A stretch of 64,000 bases of DNA from Terriglobia bacterium (GTDB taxonomy: Bacteria; Acidobacteriota; Terriglobia; JAJPHL01; JAPKYU01): positions 1,760,001-1,824,000 of the forward strand of contig CBDBKE010000004.1 in the NCBI GenBank assembly GCA_965206645.1. Direction: 5' to 3'. The notes below the pieces were generated by a model that saw only the letters and a program-made list of their open reading frames with translations, was not told the origin of the DNA and ran no database searches. Positions 62,390 to 64,000 of this stretch are shown here, in pieces. Within the stretch, counting starts at the first letter, position 1; each line of letters opens with the position of its first letter. The position numbers and the translations under genes were made by a program.

Positions 62390-63658
62390 GTGATGCCCAT
62401 CGCGCAAGTTCTGTCCAGATGCAAGCGTCGGCGAACAGCACGAGCTGTGTCCGTTTCAGTTAGCTGCGCGCTCGTCCTGTTGCTCGTTGTCCCTTTAGCC
62501 GCCCAGGTCAACTCGAAGACCGAAGAAATTCACCAGGCTCGCCGGCAAAAAGCGGCGGCCACCGCACCCGAGAAGGTCTCCGGAACAGAGAAAGCCCTGA
62601 ACACCATTAAAGATAAAAAACTGTTGGAACGCTTCGCAGCTGGTGTTGCTGGCTTTCGCCTTCAATTTGGCGGACTGGCGACCGGTCAGGGTTTCGCCCT
62701 GGGACCCGAATACCTGCGGCAGAACTTGGCCAACGGAAATCTCACTTTCCGTGGATCCGCGCGGTGGTCGATTGCGAGAGCGCAACTGTACGATCTCCAG
62801 TTGACACTGCCCAGGCTGGCGAATGAGAAGGTGTTTGTCGATCTCTACACCGTGCATCGAAACTATCCGAGGGTCGGCTATTTCGGGCCAGGACCAGACT
62901 CGGAGGAAGGCAGCCGCACCAACTTCCGGCTCGAAAACACCGCCTATGACTTCACTGCCGGAGTCAAGCCATTACGCAGCTTAAAGCTGGGTGTCACGGG
63001 AGGGTATCTCCAGGTGAACACCGGGCCGGGGACGCGTCCGGGGATAGCCTCTATCGAAGAGGTCTTCACCCCGGAGACTACTCCCGGCCTCGACAGGCAG
63101 TCCGACTTCCTCCGCGGCGCGGGCTTTATCCAGTTCGACAATCGCGACAATCCGGGTGGACCTCGCTCGGGGGGAAACTATCTGGCGAGCTTCACTTACT
63201 ACGATGACCGCATCCTCGCTCGGCATAACTTCCGTCACCTGCAACTGGAAGCCCAGCAGTACATACCTTTCTTCAACAGCCGTCGCGTCATTGCGTTGCG
63301 CGCCCGATCGATTCTGAGCTTTAACAACCCGGGCCAGAGTGTTCCTTTCTATCTACAGCCGGTCCTTGGCGGATCGGATGACCTTCGAGGGTTCCGGTCG
63401 TACCGCTTCTACGACGACAACCAGATTGTCGTCAATGCTGAATATCGTTGGGAATCTTTCACGGGACTAGACATGGCGCTGTTTTTCGACGCCGGTAAAG
63501 TCACACCAAAACGCTCCCAGATCAACTTCCATGATCTGGAAACTGCGGCCGGTTTTGGTTTTCGTTTCAACGTCCGCAACAACGTCTTCCTGCGCCTTGA
63601 CGTTGGCTTTAGCCATGAGGGATTTCAGTTCTGGTTTAAGTTTGGGAACCCATTTTGA
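62390..63658 (+). CDS. Omp85/BamA-superfamily barrel protein lacking POTRA domains
   Basis: Signal peptide, DNRDNP, LGGSDDLRGF (VRGF-like), NAEYRW, FFDAGKV and terminal Phe. Confidence 0.85.
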   Translation: MMPIAQVLSRCKRRRTARAVSVSVSCALVLLLVVPLAAQVNSKTEEIHQARRQKAAATAPEKVSGTEKALNTIKDKKLLERFAAGVAGFRLQFGGLATGQGFALGPEYLRQNLANGNLTFRGSARWSIARAQLYDLQLTLPRLANEKVFVDLYTVHRNYPRVGYFGPGPDSEEGSRTNFRLENTAYDFTAGVKPLRSLKLGVTGGYLQVNTGPGTRPGIASIEEVFTPETTPGLDRQSDFLRGAGFIQFDNRDNPGGPRSGGNYLASFTYYDDRILARHNFRHLQLEAQQYIPFFNSRRVIALRARSILSFNNPGQSVPFYLQPVLGGSDDLRGFRSYRFYDDNQIVVNAEYRWESFTGLDMALFFDAGKVTPKRSQINFHDLETAAGFGFRFNVRNNVFLRLDVGFSHEGFQFWFKFGNPF

Positions 63659-63746
63659 GGCGGAGAGTGCCATTTGTGAGGTGAGTCGTTCGGATATGGA
63701 GGGTTTAGGACAAGACGTGTAGCAGAAGTCTCGGGAGGCTGGCCTT

Positions 63747-64000
63747 ATGAAGAAGAAATTTGTTTTGGCGCTACTGTTTCCTCTGCTGTTCGTTCCGCTG
63801 CTTCTCGGCGCGCCAAAGTTCTACGATGACGATCCGCTTGAAAAAGAACCCACCCCGCTTCACGTCGAGAAGGCCAGGTCCCGCAAGCTAAACGACCAAT
63901 ATGATTTGTTACACAATACGCTCGCCAAACCGGGTGAACGGCAGCCGAAGGGGAAAAAGGGCGGCAGGGCTGGATTCATCCCAGCACAGGCGGTCAACAC
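63747..64000 (+). CDS. Secreted hypothetical protein, truncated by the window end
   Basis: GGGAGG RBS; MKKKFVLALLFPLLFVPLLLGAPKFYDDDPLEKEP...; frame open to the end of the window. Confidence 0.75.
   Translation, partial: MKKKFVLALLFPLLFVPLLLGAPKFYDDDPLEKEPTPLHVEKARSRKLNDQYDLLHNTLAKPGERQPKGKKGGRAGFIPAQAVN

Overview
Bacterial genomic window with high GC, most likely from an Acidobacteriota genome. This taxonomy is inferred from two Oar-type TonB-dependent receptors with N-terminal carboxypeptidase-regulatory-like domains, the fabZ-lpxA-lpxI-Gfo/Idh/MocA gene order and a barrel-only Omp85 protein. Left to right: (1) a decayed IS21 element; (2) a ~22 kb envelope cluster with five PQQ/BamB-like beta-propeller paralogues, two TonB-dependent receptors, a CxxC-bearing GT4 glycosyltransferase, a LolD-like ATPase with a 1151-aa fused FtsX/MacB-type permease and an MFS transporter (the best candidate for an undescribed system); (3) a glycogen/trehalose operon malQ-glgB-treZ-GH57-treY; (4) housekeeping genes rimI, tsaB, namZ-like, mrp, a D-2-hydroxyacid dehydrogenase, miaA, tonB-like, lpxI, lpxA, fabZ, an M20 peptidase and acs, with a 1.2 kb D-aminopeptidase cassette between 22-bp direct repeats at the tonB 3' end; (5) an AT-richer islet of two paralogous membrane-protein genes, one split by an IS3; (6) a radical SAM gene with a putative SOS-box promoter, then TPR, YVTN, DUF218, lipoprotein and aminotransferase genes; (7) an intact IS1380; (8) a POTRA-less Omp85 plus a secreted partner truncated by the window end. 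Fine-scale observations include an 11-bp repeat forming a chain of ATGA-coupled mini-ORFs, compensating frameshifts in one propeller gene, many in-frame micro-duplications, two heptamer repeat tracts and an unannotated 33-aa membrane protein. No rRNA, tRNA or CRISPR array was seen. All family assignments come from motif recognition by eye; no database search was run.
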